From: Ramazzottius varieornatus
Taxonomy: Eukaryota; Animalia; Tardigrada
DNA length: 64,000 bases
Reading direction: 5' to 3'
Assembly (NCBI GenBank): GCA_001949185.1
Contig: BDGG01000011.1
Span: 327,016-391,015, forward strand
The notes under the pieces were generated by a model. The model saw only the letters and a list, made by a program, of their open reading frames with translations. It was not told the DNA's origin and made no database searches. The first letter of the stretch is position 1. The number at the start of each line of letters is the position of its first letter. A program made the translations under genes and the position numbers. This document shows, piece by piece, positions 61,560 to 64,000 of the stretch.

Positions 61560-63066
61560 TACTGTCTGAAATACGCACAGTTTTTCTGCTCGGTATATCC
61601 TTCGTTTTAGCACGCCATACTCGGTTTAGAACATAGGATCGCACGTCAGAACGTTGCGAAGTGCCGTAACATTTTTGTCTTAGTTTTGACATATCTCTGA
61701 ACACGTCGCCACACTGCTTGCGACAAATGAAAGTAAAACGCTATGAATTGCAGTCAAAAAGTTGGGCCATCGGCAGGGTCAAAAGAGATAAAATTGCATT
61801 GACTCTAAACTACATCAGATTTTGTACCTTGAATACGGGCATGCGGAAAGATCTTGCCTGCGGTGTTGATCATAGCTCGCTTAAAGTCGACCACATTGTC
61901 CTTTGGCTTCGGTCCTTCATCAAGGCGGGATGGCGTAGCTTCCAGCTCGTCGCGAATTCCGCGAAAGAGCCTTACGTTTGTGGCTCCGCTCTTTTTTGGC
62001 AATTGCGCTTTCAACAGAAGAATTCGATAAACGAAAGTTTAGACGAAACGACTACATTCAGAAATGTTTTCAACATGCTCAAACCATCTGTAAATGTAGT
62101 CGTTTCGTTTAAACGTTCGTTCATCGAATCCCTCTGCCGAAAGTGCTACTTCCCTAACAAGAGCGGAACAATACCGGAGAACCTAGATCGTATACAGCTG
62201 GGGAAACAGCTTGGGAACAGTTTGAATCGTCTCATCCAATTATCCATAATCCAAATTGTAGGGGAACGCAGGTAATGGAAGTCTTCCCCTTGAGGACGAT
62301 CATGCGCTGCGGATCAGTCTCGTGTCGAACAAAACACTACCCCACCCGAGGTCGCTCTTTTCCATATACGTGTTGACATCGATGTCTTCCAGCTTCTCTG
62401 GGACTGGCATTTGCATCCTTATTTGCTGCCGCGCGATTCGATGTGTGCGGACGGAAGATGGCCGTTTACTTCTATCGGGATATTCTGAACCAGGTCGCTG
62501 AACAATCGTCGAGGTTTGATCAAGCTCTGTCTGACGCGTTCTCTTAAGGCCGCTTTGGCATTTCCCGCTTCCGTTTCGTTCGCGTTGGCCACATGGGTAT
62601 GTTCGGCAGAAGACAGGACATTTTTCTGACGAACCAGAGTAATTATCCCCTTGAAGCCTTAACTCTTTTCTCCTGCGATTCTAGTAGGTGCGGTCATGAA
62701 GCGAATTCCGGTCTTGGTGCAGGTGTAGCCTCCATACACAATCCAGTCGCTCGAGATGGGGACAAAAATTTTCCGATTTCAAAACACGAAATCATTCGAG
62801 GTAAAGACAACGTCTCGCTAAGTCCACTACAGCCGAATACGTGCCATTTGATACTAGATTACATCGGTTAAGGCATTGTGTCCTACCCCTGTCTTAATAT
62901 AACGTGGATTCTTTCCCATTCTGAGCTCCCAGAGTGTCAACCTTAGTTTCCGGCCATCTTCATCTTCAGGAATGGATCTTCTTCGGCCTTAGCCACCGCA
63001 GTTTGCGCTGAAACGTCCGATGGCTGCTCAGGTCCGTTGCTGGCTGCCGCGGTGGTGGTAGACATG
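61560..63066 (-). pseudogene. Decayed FLYWCH-MULE (Mutator) transposase
   Basis: Fragments in order: IVYGGYTCTK..EHTH (FLYWCH-like), IWIMD../TVPKLFPQLYTI, LPKKS, VVDFKRAMINTAGKIFPHARIQG, FYFHLSQAVWRRVQ. Confidence 0.75.
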
Positions 63067-64000
63067 TCGCGTAATGGCAGGGAGCAGTTGCTCCACAAAC
63101 AATGCGTTGATTGATAGAAGGGACGGAACAGTAATTCTACAAAGTTCCTAGGGAGCACGGTGCTCATCAGAATCACTCCAAACTTCACACGTATGATCTT
63201 ACAAACGTATAGAAAAACTTCATCCAGAAAGATGTTGGGAATGGGAGAGTGCGACAAAGTTAGCGGAAGAGATTTTTCGATCGAAAGGGACAAATCTTAA
63301 TAATGACACGGAACACGGATCCTCCATTAATTTTGTAACAAAAGTTATGATGTAGCGCAGCCGTCCAGTTTGCATTCTGGCACCTCACACCCGGCATCTG
63401 TTTTCCAACACTCTGCAAAGTTTTGTGTATCGACTGTCAAACCATATATAGCACTTATCCGGCTGCAGCACGCGTCATATGGCATCGCGTTGATAAGGTT
63501 AACGCTGTTGCGGTAGTCTAGCTTTCACCATAATTGCCACTGGTTCCATCCGGTCCCATCAACAAACAAACACCCTTGTTTCATGTGGTTAGTAGTCGTC
63601 CTTTCAGCAAAATCACCAAACAGGCCCAGCAGTCCTATCTCGGAGAGCAAACAAGGATCAGTCGAACACAAGAAAAGTCAGCCATATATAGTTTCGTTTT
63701 CCCACTCACCTTGCTCTCATTGAGTAAGCGACCTCCGTACGAAGCTATCTGCGCTTCGGAAAAATGTCGTCTTTTGCGCAAGGCGATCTTCCGCTCTCAG
63801 TTCGCGAGAAGCAATCCGCCCAGTGGATATCGTCTTTACCCCAATATTATTTCTTAGCGTTCTTTCGATTCTCCGGGACTACTTCCACAGCCACAGGCCG
63901 TGCAAGAACACTGTGCCGGCATATGATATTTCTAATGGGTCTGTTCTACCTGTGTGCTTGCTGGGGCCACTTCGCATACCGGATGTCGGCATATATCGCG

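Overview
Compact invertebrate animal genome: GC near 47%, short GT-AG introns, no prokaryotic features. A tardigrade-like origin is my inference only. Host genes: a Hunchback/Ikaros-type C2H2 zinc-finger factor, an NFAT5/TonEBP-like Rel factor, an astacin-fold protein lacking its zinc ligands, a PDZ-containing nitric oxide synthase, an AT-hook protein fused to an ALKBH4-like domain lacking the iron ligands, adenylate kinase 2, and three small secreted-protein genes. Mobile DNA: a Tc4/Tc5-like element, a MULE relic, a piggyBac-like TTAA element, hAT and TA-flanked MITEs, and Helitron/Helentron-like ends. The most unusual region (about 21.9-29.4 kb) is a decayed Maverick/Polinton-like endogenous virus segment. 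It carries a protein-primed DNA polymerase B gene interrupted by three spliceosomal-type introns, one of which splits the YxDTDS motif. That gene sits tail-to-tail with an intronless, divergent TATA-binding-protein homologue, next to a two-BIR IAP, a DEDD-like exonuclease split by a hAT MITE, and an acidic orphan ORF. Capsid, ATPase, protease, integrase and terminal repeats of that element were not found in this window. All family assignments come from by-eye motif recognition, not database searches.
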